A DNA stretch of 64,000 nt from Nymphaea colorata (taxonomy: Eukaryota). Both the position numbers and the translations under genes were made by a program. The notes beneath the pieces are model-generated. The model was not told where the DNA came from. It did no database searches and was given only the letters and a program-made list of their open reading frames with translations. Below, in pieces: positions 52,021 to 64,000 of the stretch; the stretch's first letter is position 1; every line of letters starts with the position of its first letter. The DNA lies in the NCBI RefSeq assembly GCF_008831285.2, contig NC_045138.2, positions 12,400,001-12,464,000 of the forward strand. Reading direction: 5' to 3'.

Positions 52021-52210
52021 AGATAGGGAAGAGATCTTTGGAAAGTAGGATTTTACAACCCGATAAAGAATCAAATTTATTTAAATGTTCAATCACTTCT
52101 ATATTTCTTTTAAAAAGGAACTCAACCCATGGAAACTGTTCATGATATTTCAAAAAAGGAAAAGGTATTTAAGGAACTTCGAGTTAGTCAAACAAAAATG
52201 AAATTAATGA
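52021..52210 (+). pseudogene. rps16: Plastid rps16 exon 2 remnant
   Basis: Decayed [50 protein letters not shown], lying upstream of trnK as in plastomes. Confidence 0.82.
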
Positions 52211-52986
52211 GATCAAAAGATGGACTGGTATAGTAGCTAGTTCTAATTTTGTTTAATTATTTCTTCGCCACTCTCTAGCTATATTCATACCTATTTGCTA
52301 TTGTTCCTATATGGTTTGAGATAATGTAAGAACAAAAAATTTCTTTGTCTTTTTATATTTATATGAATTTGAGAGGAATAGAAAAAGGGTTGTACATAAT
52401 AACTGAAGTCCATGTAATTATGAGATTACCATTACTCAGATGGTTTTCCTTGGGATTCCCTCATGTCAAGAAACAAGAGGTAGATTCTGGGGCATATAGT
52501 GATAGTGAATAAATATGATATTCTTTTTTACCTACATCTTCTTTACTTCACTTAATTTTAATTTCTTGTAGTCCCGATCTAACACAAGGCCTTATCTTAT
52601 TTATATTTAGTTTATTTATTGTCTTTTTGTATTTGATTTCCCAATATTATGTTTGTGTTGACAACAGTCTCTTGAATAAATAGAATACCATACAATTTGA
52701 TCGAAGGCAAACTGATCTCTTCTTGCAGTTTTATAGGTTTGGTTTTTTACTTCATTCAAAGGATGGGTTTGAGGGATTGTTTGTGATACAGGAAGTAGTT
52801 TTTTATTTACTAAAGCTGTACTTATTTGTGAATATGCTCTTCTTTATTGTATAGATTTTTTAGAACCATAGTTTCTTCTAAACTTGCTGTTATTCTTATG
52901 CTTATGTTAGTTCAATGTTTTGACCTGATTGGTTTAGGTAATCAAAGATCTTGATTTTTATTTCGATCTTAATTAGATCCTTATCT

Positions 52987-53695
52987 AGGTTGCTAATTCA
53001 ACGGTAGAGTACTGAGATTGTAAATGCAGCTATGATCTTTTACACATTAGGATGAAGCAGATTCATCCATAACATCGGTAGAGTTTGTAAGACCATGACT
53101 GATCTTGAAAGGGCATGAATGAAAAAAAACAACATGTTGTATCAATTGATACTATGAGAATACTTCATTCATATCTAGTTATATTAGATCCATAAAAAAT
53201 GTCCTTTTAATTCTTAGCTAGAGCGATTCAAAATTCATTCACAGTTGCGTGAAGTGAACAAGGCTCCAATTATAAGGAAAAACCAAAAGCAATGCATTTT
53301 TTTTATTATTTGAATTCGAACAAATACCCGATCTGATTAGATGTTAAAAATATATTAACAGCCCTCCTGCGAGTGGATCATTGGTTCATTAAAACAAAAA
53401 TTCCTAACTATTCATTGTTCTCCTCAATGTGTACAAGAAACTATGTACTAATCAATATGACTCATTCCAAAGTCAAAAGAGCGATAGAGTTGCAAAAATA
53501 AATGATTTCGAATAGACAAGCTCTTGTAACTATACCCAAAGGCAAACGAGTTGGATGGAAAAAGATAGGATGCATTGATTAGACGTCTTGTCTCCAGGTA
53601 TATCAGTTTTTATAATATAGCTTGTTAGGACCATATCGCACTATGTATTGATTATTTAATAACCCAAGAAAACTTTTCGCGTATGCGGTTCAAGT
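52987..53695 (+). pseudogene. trnK-UUU: Plastid trnK-UUU 5' exon (52987-53023) and 5' part of its group II intron, ending about where matK would start
   Basis: aggttgctaattcaacggtagagtact resembles GGGTTGCTAACTCAACGGTAGAGTACT. It is followed by the intron motif ggtagagtttgtaagacca..actgatc.tgaaaggg.atgaatg. Confidence 0.82.
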
Positions 53696-53699
53696 TTCA

Positions 53700-55478
53700 T
53701 TTCTTTCTAACTCCCTCTCGGTTCCAACAAGCCGTAGAACGAGTGAATCTGAGCTGGGAGTAGAATTGTGTAGGGCTGTGAAGCTGCCCCTATCCTTCGG
53801 CAGGTTCAGAATGCAAAACCTACTGTCTAGGCTATTGCTGCGTCCCCTAATTCAGCCGACCCTGTTGCTATCTCTCCTCGACATCTCAGATAGACCAGCA
53901 GACGAGAGGCACTACTTTTTCGGTAATTTCCTAGTAATCAGTGACTCCAGCAACTTCGACTCCCTCACGTCCCTTCTGTCCTTCAAGGGTGCACAAAGAG
54001 TTCTTTTGGAGCAATATCTTCATCATCTCGGAGCTTCGCTCAAGGAGAATCTAATATCTTCTAGAGTAAGAGTTCATTTTTCTAAATCATTCTCATTAGA
54101 GGTATGTGACCAATAGCTCATTGCCGCCCATTCAGTGAGCAAATTTCCAACGATGAGTAGGGGAAGCATGGTGGCAGCCGACGTCACATGGAAGGCAGAC
54201 GACCTGGCGGCAGGCTCAACGAGCAACCAGCGTGCAGCGGCGTGAACGGCGTGAACAACCGGCAAACTGTAACTCCACTAGTCAGGCGTCATCTTTTCCT
54301 CTCCAACAGGCAGCAGCATGCGAGCAGGTCTCCCCTCTTCTATTTAAACCCTTATCGACGAGAAATTCGATAGTTTTCGATCGTCTTGTAAAACTTACAA
54401 ATCTCTAAGCAATCCTTTGTCAATTTGAGCACGAATCGATCCTGCACTTAAGCTCGAAACAACTCCCCAAGTGCTCAGATCGGTTCCCCTGTCTCCTACA
54501 ATTCCGACGAGCCCAACCTCGGCCGGTGCTGTGACTCCCATCGGTTGGAATTAACAAATTCCCCGCTGCCGGTTTGTTTCCTATAGTAAATCTCCCCCTG
54601 CTCGAGTGAAGGAGAAAATGTAGTCTTCGATGGCTGTTCAACTGCACGCCGTTGATACTTCCAGCGATCAATCTCCAAGCTGTGGTTTAGACAACATCAT
54701 CAGTGCGTTGTGGATCCAACAGACCAGCGCTTGACACCTCAGGTGAGTCTACCGATCGAATCTCTCGATCTCCGGCCGCCCTTGTTCTGAAACAAAAATA
54801 TCCCGACAGCTTTGTTCAAACCGGCACTGTGGTCTCTACCAGCGACCAAACGCCGCCAAATTGCTCAAGTAGAATCCCCGGCATGTGACGATTCTAACAA
54901 GCCCAAGCTCGACCGGAGTTGGTCGAAGTTGCAGGTTTTCTGGCTGCCTGTTCGCCTGTCTCTATGCTACTGTCCCTAGTACAACAGAACATACCTCCGT
55001 TCAACGGCCATATCTTCGGATCCCATTGTTGGGTATTCATGAGGAAGGACTCTTTGTCTTCCTGACTCCCTCTCGGTTCCAACAAGCTGTAGAACGAGTG
55101 AATCCGAGCTAGAAGCAGAATTCTGTAGGGTTGTAAAGCTGCCCCTATTCTTTGGCAGGTTCAGAACGCAGAACCTGTTGTCTTGGCTGTTGCTGTGTCC
55201 CCTACTTCAGCCGACCCTATTGTTATCTCTCCTCGGCATCTCAGATAGGCCAGCGAACGAGACGCACTGCTTTTCTGGTAATTTCCTAGTCATTAGTGAC
55301 TGCAACAACTTCGACTCTCTCACGACCCTTCTGTCCTTCAAGGGTGCACAAAGAGATCTCTTGGAGCAATATCTTCATCATGTTGGAGCTTCGCTCAAGG
55401 TGAATCTATAAGATCTTCCGAAGTAAGAGTTCCTCTTCTAAATCATTCTCATTAGAAGTATGTGACCAATATCTCATT
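53700..55478. repeat. Two diverged ~420-bp direct repeats (53700-54122, ~55056-55478) around a GC-rich spacer; probably transposon-derived
   Basis: Both copies run actccctctcggttccaacaagc...tatgtgaccaata.ctcatt. ORFs 53766 and 55178 give parallel translations. Confidence 0.8.
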
Positions 55479-56268
55479 CCATTTCTTTTCCTTATTTTCT
55501 CTCATCTTCATCGATCCATGGCCATATGACGTAGCTCTCATATCTCTTTTTTAGAGTCAAAAAGCTATTCTTGAGTGCATCGAGAGTACGAGAAGATAAG
55601 ATGATATTTCATTTTGATGATTGAAACATGTTTTTTCTTTTCTTGAATGTTGCTTTGTTTTGAGATATTGTTCGTGCAAAATTGATTAGTTTTTCCTATT
55701 TATATGTGAATACACGACAAGAATGATGGTGTGGTTTGGGATTCTTCTCTTTATTCTTATGTTAATTTTTAAGGTTGGGATTTGTCCAACTCGAGAAAAC
55801 TTTCACGAATATGTACATGTTAATATGCATTCTCATGTCATTCTTGCATTTAATTTTTCTTTTTAATCACCTAATTAAGAACCCTAACGAGAGCCTTATT
55901 ATGTGGTTTAATTTTCTTTCATACTCAACAGTGGAAGAAATATGTTCCCTTGTAACAAACAAAATAATAATATTTTATGTTAATATATAAAATATTTGAA
56001 ATCATGCTTTTCAAAAGATTTTCGAAAGCAAAAACCCTCTTTAATGTGACTTTGGAGACTTAGCTTAAGCTCCTGCATGAGCCTGGGTTCATCTCTGGCC
56101 TACATAAAGCTTGAAGCCGGATATTTTAAGTTATTTTTTATTTTTAATCTCATGATGACACATATGTATATACATGTTATATGCGTATATGTGCACATGA
56201 TGATTTCCTTCATCATTCTCTCTTTATGTTTCTATATTTTATTTTACAAATTTTCATATACACATGAA

Positions 56269-56387
<119 letters not shown>

Positions 56388-57380
56388 TTCTCTTTTTAAA
56401 ATCTTTTATTTTTTTATTCAAGTCACATGAATGCATATATATATTTCTCTACTTCTTTTCCTCTAAAATTTCTCTTTCTCTTTAAATCAATATTTTTTTT
56501 TATAAACTTTCATATATGTGTATATGTGATGACATGTACATGCATATGTACATCTTTTTCTATCTCTCTCTATGTCTTTCTTTCTCTTTCTTTTAAGAAC
56601 TTCTTTTTCCTCTCTATTTAAATTAAGACTTCATTTTCAAAATTTTTAACATACATACGTGTATATATATGTATACATATATACTTTACGCACATACATA
56701 CATATAAAGATACATATCTCCCCCCTTTTAAAATCTTTCATTTAGTATCTTTGAAATCTCTTTCTCTTTCTCTTTTTATCTCTTTCTTTCTATAGAAGTA
56801 TTTCATCTTTTCAATTCTTTTGGATATTTTTCTTCAAAGATCTAAGGTTTTAACTTTCTATTTGTGAATTTCATTAAGACCAAAAATCAAGTAATGACCC
56901 AATATTTGAATAATGCTTGATGGTCTACAACGTCATTCCATTTTCAAAACTTTTCTCTTTTCATGATAATATTTATAACAATCTTATGAATAATAAAAAG
57001 TGAGAAACTTAGGTGTATGTGATGGTAAGAACACTTTTAGATAAATGTGATGGTAGGAATGAATTATTTTCTTTCAATCATATAGGATCGATGCATTCAA
57101 GCATTCACACTCACTTAACATTACTTATGATCACAAACACATCTCCAAAAGAACTTAGCAAGATGAGATAAAGCTTTAACTAAGTAGTAACCAAATTAGA
57201 GCAAAACCTCAAACCCACTTAAAGTCTTAAGAGAACACTAAATCCACTTCAAAAATGATTTCCCAAGCTTTCCAAATGATATTTGTAAAGATTTTTCAAT
57301 TCTAGATTTTCTTTAGTCAAAATGTTTTATACTTTTAAGTGATTCTTCAAAAACTTTTTCAAAGATTTGAAACATCAAAT

Positions 57381-58960
57381 TTCAATATTTTCTCAAACAC
57401 TACACTGCATTTAGAGTAAAAGATGTTTAAGCCAAAATGAAATGCATCAACACATAGCCCTTGAATTGATTACCTTCGGTAAAGGCTTCAATGACGGTTG
57501 ATCCTTGTACCGACGGGTGAGTCCCTTTCTCTCTCATTTTCAAAACAAAACCTCATTTTTTTGAAGCAGTAAAAAAAAAAAAATTTGGAGATGCAAACAG
57601 AGTGGCTCTTTATCGAAGCTATAGTTCTACCCTCCATTGTCTTCTCCCTAGCTCTGTAGTTAAGTAGGAAAGGAGCCATGGACATGCCTCTTTCCCCTCA
57701 TTCCCCCCATTTTTGGTTGAGATGGCAGAGAAGGCTGCATTTTTTGGTACATTTGTTTTGATTCACTAGTCCGAGATGCCTCTATGTGCTGATCTTGCCT
57801 CTTTGAGACAAAGGAATCTACCATAGTTCATCTAACCATTGTTTGCCCAATTATCATATTTTTCCACTTAGAGAATTTTCAGTGGTTTCACCTAATTAGA
57901 GTGCAACAATGATTCTAGGTGTCATCTATTGAGTTGATTAACCATTGTGTATGAAAGTGCAGTCAGTTTTTTATCTATTGTAAACTCATTAGTGCAAACC
58001 CAAATTTTTCATGCCACCAAAGGCTGCACCTAAATTTATGCAAGGGGATTATTTTCATAACTTGGTGTCAATTATTTTAAAAAATTTATGTTAGCTATTG
58101 TAAAGGTCTCATAAGTGGGTGTCAATTTTTTCAAAAGCTTTCGTGTGTTGTTAACTATAGCTTCAATATTTTTTCAAACACCACACCACATTTAGAGTAA
58201 AAGATGTTTAAGCCAAAATGAAATGCATCAACAATAAGCATAGCCCTTGGATTGATTACCTTCGGTAAAGGCGTCGAGGACGGTCAATCCTTGTGCAGAT
58301 AGGTGAGTCTATTTCTCTTTCATTTTCAAAACAAAATCTCATTTTTTTTGAAGCACTCAAAAAAAAAATTTTTTTTTTTGAGGATGTGAACAGAGTGACT
58401 CTTTATCGAAACTATAGTTCTACCCTCCATTGTCTTCTCCCTAGCTCTGTAGTTAAGTAGGAAAGGAGCCATGGACATGCCTCTTTCCCCTCATTCCCCC
58501 CATTTTTGGTTGAGATGGCAGAGAAGGCTGCATTTTTTGGTACATTTGTTTTGATTCACTAGTCCGAGATGCCTCTATGTGCTAATCTTGCCTCTTTGAG
58601 ACAAAGGAATCTACCATAGTTCATCTAACCATTGTTTGCCCAATTATCATATTTTTCCACTTAGAGAATTTTCAGTGGTTTCAGGTAATTAGAGTGCAAC
58701 AATGATTCTAGGTGTCATCTATTGAGCTGATTAACCATTGTGTATGAAAGTGCAGTCAGTTTTTTATCTATTGTAAACTCAGTAGTGCAAACCAAATAAT
58801 TGCCTCTTTACCCAAATTTTTCATGCCACCAAAAGCGGCACCTAAAAATTTATGCAAGGGGATCATAAGTTGGTGTCAATTATTTTCAAAAATTTATGTT
58901 AGCTATCGTAAAGATCACATAAGTGGTTGTCAACTTTTTCTAAAGCTTTCGTGTGTTGTT
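57381..58960. repeat. Tandem duplication with a period of ~780 bp downstream of CA copy 2
   Basis: catttagagtaaaagatgtttaagccaaaatgaaatgcatcaaca occurs at ~57408 and ~58189, and the following ~700 bp are near-identical. Confidence 0.9.
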
Positions 58961-59476
58961 TACTTGTTTTGCAACTGAGGGGATTCATGCAATATTATTC
59001 ACTTTTGTTGCTTTGGAAAAGTCTATGCATGAAGAGGAAGCTAATAGGGCTGGAGTTCAAGTTCGTTGTTAGGAGACAGATTAATGTATGAGTTTGGCCT
59101 AATTCACTTTTAATTCTGCTTAAATGAATTTGACAACTTTAGACTTTTTTTATTTGGGGTTTACAATGACATTTATTTGAAAGTACATAACTTTACTTTT
59201 AAATGAAATCATACTTCTTCTTACATGATATAGATAATATCATAAGGAAAGGCATACCTAGATTTTTCGAAGGTAGGCGTAGAATGCTTTTGAACTATAA
59301 TAAAAAACTTTGTTTATAACATTTATTACAAAAAAAAAAATTATGGGGAAGAAGTAACATAAGGAACAGTGATAATAATGGCATGTCGCAACCACCAAGA
59401 CAGAAGCAGGGGATTTGTTTATTTTACTATCAGTACATGAAGAATATGAATTATCTGTTTCAAAAAAAGAAAGAAC

Positions 59477-60150
59477 TCAGACATGCGGTACATATGCATT
59501 GAATCTTGGAGTGTAGAAGTAGATGGGCCTTCGATTGGCAGGTTGTACTGGCCTCGCATTAGCCTCGTAATTCTGTTAACAGAAAGGCAGAAGAACAGGA
59601 ATCAGACACTTTAGTGAGCAAAGACACGACGTGACATTGTTGGGCGATGGCCAACTGGCAAATTAAGTCAAAGCTCTTCTTTAGTTTTAAACAAGTGTAT
59701 ATCACAAAAAAATGGAAAAGAAAAGGGGCAGACAGCTGATTTTTAACACATATATATATATATATTGGCAAAGCCTAAATCACTTATGTGAAAGTACGAA
59801 AAAACTAGTCGTCTTAAACTTTTGCTAAAAATTATTGTAAACAACACGAAACATTGTAATGTATTTGTAAATACTAATTGAGTATAAAATATGTCTCAAT
59901 TCAAGTTATTTTTAAGAAAAAATGTTGATTTTTCCACTATTAAAGATTTGGTATCATATGAGCTGTTTTTTTTTTATTATTATAGAAACATGTTAGATTT
60001 TAAAATGATTAATTTAGTATATGATTCTCATCAACACATTTTTAAGATCATATTTATACGGTTAGATTATATAAAAAAGTGGTTTAGCAATCGATTTTGA
60101 ATGGTCTGGCTTTTATTGCCCTTAGATCTAGTGGTCTAGGATCTATCATT

Positions 60151-60191
<41 letters not shown>

Positions 60192-62370
60192 AATTAAAAT
60201 AAGCTAGTCGCTTATATACTCGAATGATTAATTTTTTTATTTTGTATCGTTAAACACGGTCACAAAAAGGTGCATTTACAGTCACAAGTTGCTTGGCCAC
60301 CGTTTTTAATGATAGAATGCATTCTTTGTTATGATTTGTAACGACAAAAGAAAAAATAACTGTCCAGCGTGGCTGGCTGATTTCGAAAATATGGTAAAGA
60401 AGTATGGTTATGAAAAATAAAGATTTAAAAAATATAAGTTAAGTTTGTGCCAACTTATGATGATTTGGACGGGAAGAAGAATAAAAAAAAAAAAAAGAGT
60501 ATACTCACGTCGTGGACCGCGTCCCTCAGCAACTTCACCTGCTCCCTGGAAACTGTCCTCACCTGAAATCCACCCCACGTAAACATGTCAAAGGACGAAA
60601 CTTAATAATATTCACACGGTTTCCCAAAGAAATTTCTCCTGCCCGTCACAACAAAACAAAATTGAAGAGAAAATTAATTCGTTCCCGCACAAAACCCACA
60701 GACTGGGAACGCAATGCCCACACATGGTTGATTGCTTTCCATGTGAAAATATTTTTTCGATATTTGCGCGAGGACTCCATGCTTCTAGAGAAAACTAAAT
60801 GGGAGCCCGACATCTACAGAAGGTTAGGTGAATCCTCCTTAAAGTTCGTGCAAATATAATAAAGCTAAGCCAATTGCACCCTCTTTCAAGAACATGAAAG
60901 GCCAATTTTCGAAAAGCAACAAGGAAAGTAGCTCCCTTGAGAGGCAAGAGACAACTTGCTATGTCACATTCAAGGTGACGCTGAATTCCTCCAATATATT
61001 TTTGGCAAGCTGGCGTTGGTGCCCCCCTCTAAAATTACTAGAAAATTAATATAATTCGCAGTCAAAATTCTGTTGTTTTCTGTCAGTTAACCGAGTTCTT
61101 TAATTTCTGCGGCGGAAAATCTAGCAGAAGTGAATAATAATAATAGTCATAGTAATAATTGCAGACTTAATTACCTTCTTAGATATGGTCCAGATGACGC
61201 CCTCGGTGCATGGAGGAGTGGTGAGGGATCCCAAGTATCTGTAGTACTTCCTACTCCCAATCTTCACTCCCCTAGGATCCAAAATGCCCGCTTCCATCTC
61301 CGCTTCTTTCTTGTCGATAACCTTCTTTATCTCATCGCTCAACTGTAGAAGCAATAGATCGCCTCAAATTAATCATCTCACTGATGGTCTTTCCCACCAT
61401 TCAGATGAAGCAGAAAACGCGTTCGACATAACATCACAGAGAGAGAATACTAGCCTGATGAAGAAAGGTGTCTTGGCGGCCGATCTTGTAGAGGATTCCC
61501 ACGACAGCAGTCTGGTTGTCTTCGGTTTGATGGACGATGTGGAGCTCCAGGTCGTATCTCCTCCCATTGATCGTGTGCTCAGAGGGAGAATGCCAATGCA
61601 ATTGTCTCAGAAAGAACTCTGTCCCGTTTATGTACATGGCTCCCGCTCCGCTCTCCCATTTCAACTGCTCCCCACAACAAAAATAAAGCGCCAGTTAACA
61701 ATTCCACACCCGCACATTCATGATCACAGCAAACCGATATCCTTCTAACATCCATTCGATCACTCTGTTATAGAGCTCATCTATAAATCCAAGAAACACA
61801 GGATTTGTTCATCATGGGATGCAGCTCGACTATTTATTGTGTTTTTTATGGAAAAAACTCACTGCTGATTATGACAGACTCTGAGGAACCTACAGCAAAC
61901 GCCTATTTAAATACTGTGATCCTGTGATCTAAAGCCGTTTCCTGCTAAAGGTTATACCTTGTATGCAGATCACAGACCCAAGGAAAGAAAAACAGAGAAA
62001 GACATATAACAGTAGAATAGGAAAAGCAAAGCTAAAATTTTCGGCCCCAGTCACGGATATGACTAGCATATGATCATTTCTTTTAGAAGGAAAAAATTGA
62101 GGATAAAACCTTACCATGATATCATGGCCTCTGTTTTTTATGGTTCCTTTTGCGGGCATGTAGGTCCTCCTGAGTCTGCCCAAGTGAGGCAACACCACGA
62201 CCCTCTCATTCAACAGATCAATGGGCGACTGCATGCGCCCACGGCTGCAATTGCTCCACTCCTTGTGAAGCTCTCCCCAGTGTTCCGGACCCTTCACGCT
62301 CCCTTTCTGATAATCAAATTCCTTTTCATCCTCTGCAAGAACATTGATTAGTCAGAAACAGGTCCATTAA

Positions 62371-62401
<31 letters not shown>

Positions 62402-62882
62402 GGCATCGATGATGGATGTTAGTATTTGGGTTGAAATCTTGGTGCAGAAATCTAGACGTCTTTTCTTGCTTATGTACCAAGACTTCCTTCTCCACTTTGA
62501 TTTATGCATTTCATGTCAAACTGATCTAGAACTCCTTTTTAACACAGAGTCGGAGTTTTCTAGAACAGCAAGCAGAGGATACATGCTCAGGAGAGATTCA
62601 AACTCATGGCATGTATCCTTGCAACTGGGTGACACGTTCAAATGCGATTGCTGTCAGATGATGAGGTGTACTACTGTAAAAGATGAGCAGTATTTCTGGA
62701 GGAGCCCCAAAGGATTGGAGACAGACAGCAACCATTTTAAACATAAAAGCAGAAAGCAAGAAATTAATGAGGAAACCAATGAAGCTCGTATTACCAACTT
62801 CCTGAGAGGCAACTAAAAGAGGATAGGCAGCAAGGAAAGCTAAGGCATGAAGAACAAATAGAACGCTGAGGAAGGAAGCCAT
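59477..62882 (-). CDS. Alpha carbonic anhydrase (ACA7/nectarin-III-like), copy 2, 6 exons, 277 aa, with signal peptide
   Basis: Exons 62882-62795, 62332-62115, 61664-61455, 61342-61175, 60562-60509, 59572-59477, the same lengths as copy 1. All catalytic motifs are intact; intron 3 has a GC donor. Confidence 0.94.
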
Positions 62883-64000
62883 CTTCTCTTTCTACAACTC
62901 CAAGATGCAAGCTCCCTTTCTTGAGAACGAGTCGTTTAGTGGAGGGATGTCATTCGGCCTCATATATAGAGAAATACAGGAATCAACACGAGCGACGATC
63001 GTTTGACGTCGTCAAACATGTAGGACGATGGTAGGTCGTAATTTAATATGAAAAGATAAGATCTGGCCAAGGAAGGGGTCCCGAACTTAAGTGATCTTCC
63101 CTAATAAAAACCAGAAAATACAAATAAAATAACTATAAATTATTTGTGGCGTTCTCCTCACTTTATGCACATTGGCCACTTCATTTTTCAATACTGTGTC
63201 CATCATTATTGGCGCTGAATGGGTTTTCTGATCTGCATATATATGGGTTCGTATCAACATATGCATCTCTTTTTCCTTGTAAAAGTGATTTTGATTTCTT
63301 CATATTTCAAATTTACGAATCTAATGTAGATTTGGCATGCTTAGTGCAACGAAAGATTTATTGTGGTGGACCCATGGGTCATCAGAGTAGCTCTGGTTAA
63401 GGGGCACTCTAAATTTAAATTTCAAAATTTAAAGAGCATTCACATGTAAAAAAACTGAAAATTAATGAAGTTTTTATATATAAAGTAAAATTAACTGCGT
63501 GCTGCTGGTGTGGGCAATTGCCTACACCAGCTACAAAGTAACTCCGCCACTAGTTCATCAAACTAAGGACCTTAAGTAGTATGTCAAACACATACTTGGA
63601 ATCCTTATTTAGCCTTTTTTTTATTAAGAAAATGACTCGTTTAACAGCGGAGGGACAGTTTTTGATCTAAAAATACATGGTTTTCAAAATCTGAGGATTT
63701 ATATGATAAGTAATCAAACAGCTTTTAAAGGTAATTTATATTGCCACAATATAAAGATAAAAAATATCTTATTTTTCAATATGGTACAACCCAATAATCA
63801 ATATCATCACGACCGGTTAATACAGCCTATTAATCAGTGCCCATAAAATCTAAAAAAGGATTTGGCTAGCAAAGCTGCTGGTTCAGTAAATCAAACTGAG
63901 AGTTGAATCGATTGCGAATGAACAACAACTCTTATTGTACGTAATTCTAAAAAAAAAATAAAAAATTATTTTGGGAAGTAAAAAGTTGTAAGTTTTTAAC

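Larger units (their letters stand above)
45800..53695. other. Nuclear plastid DNA insertion (NUPT), decayed and mosaic
   Basis: Recognisable ndhB, rps7 and rps12 (inverted-repeat region), followed by rps16 exon 2 and trnK (LSC region). Many substitutions and indels. The origin of ~50100-51900 is not resolved. Confidence 0.88.

Noticed and set aside
45800..53695. Functional plastid genes or plastid contamination
   Set aside because: Pervasive frameshifts, stops and deletions, embedded in nuclear TE and gene context.

Overview
Plant (angiosperm) nuclear DNA, AT-rich and dense with transposon relics. It holds three intact minus-strand genes: a 16-exon chloroplast outer-envelope Omp85 gene (OEP80/Toc75-V type, 34511..13298, 671 aa) and two near-identical tandem alpha-carbonic anhydrase genes (40481..37952 and 62882..59477, 6 exons, 277 aa each, both apparently with a GC-AG intron). 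OEP80's large introns contain a deleted Copia element with an internal ~400-bp fold-back, a nest of hAT elements, a decayed hAT transposase, Gypsy gag fragments and a hAT-type element carrying a GNAT acetyltransferase pseudogene. Between the two CA genes lie MITEs, a 61-bp minisatellite, a ~8-kb decayed mosaic plastid insertion (ndhB, rps7, rps12, rps16, trnK) and local duplications. The first 11 kb are LTR, CACTA, LINE and MITE relics. I see no clear new biochemical system; the best leads are transposon gene capture, an intronic hairpin and non-canonical splicing. All calls come from manual reading and translation, with no database searches.
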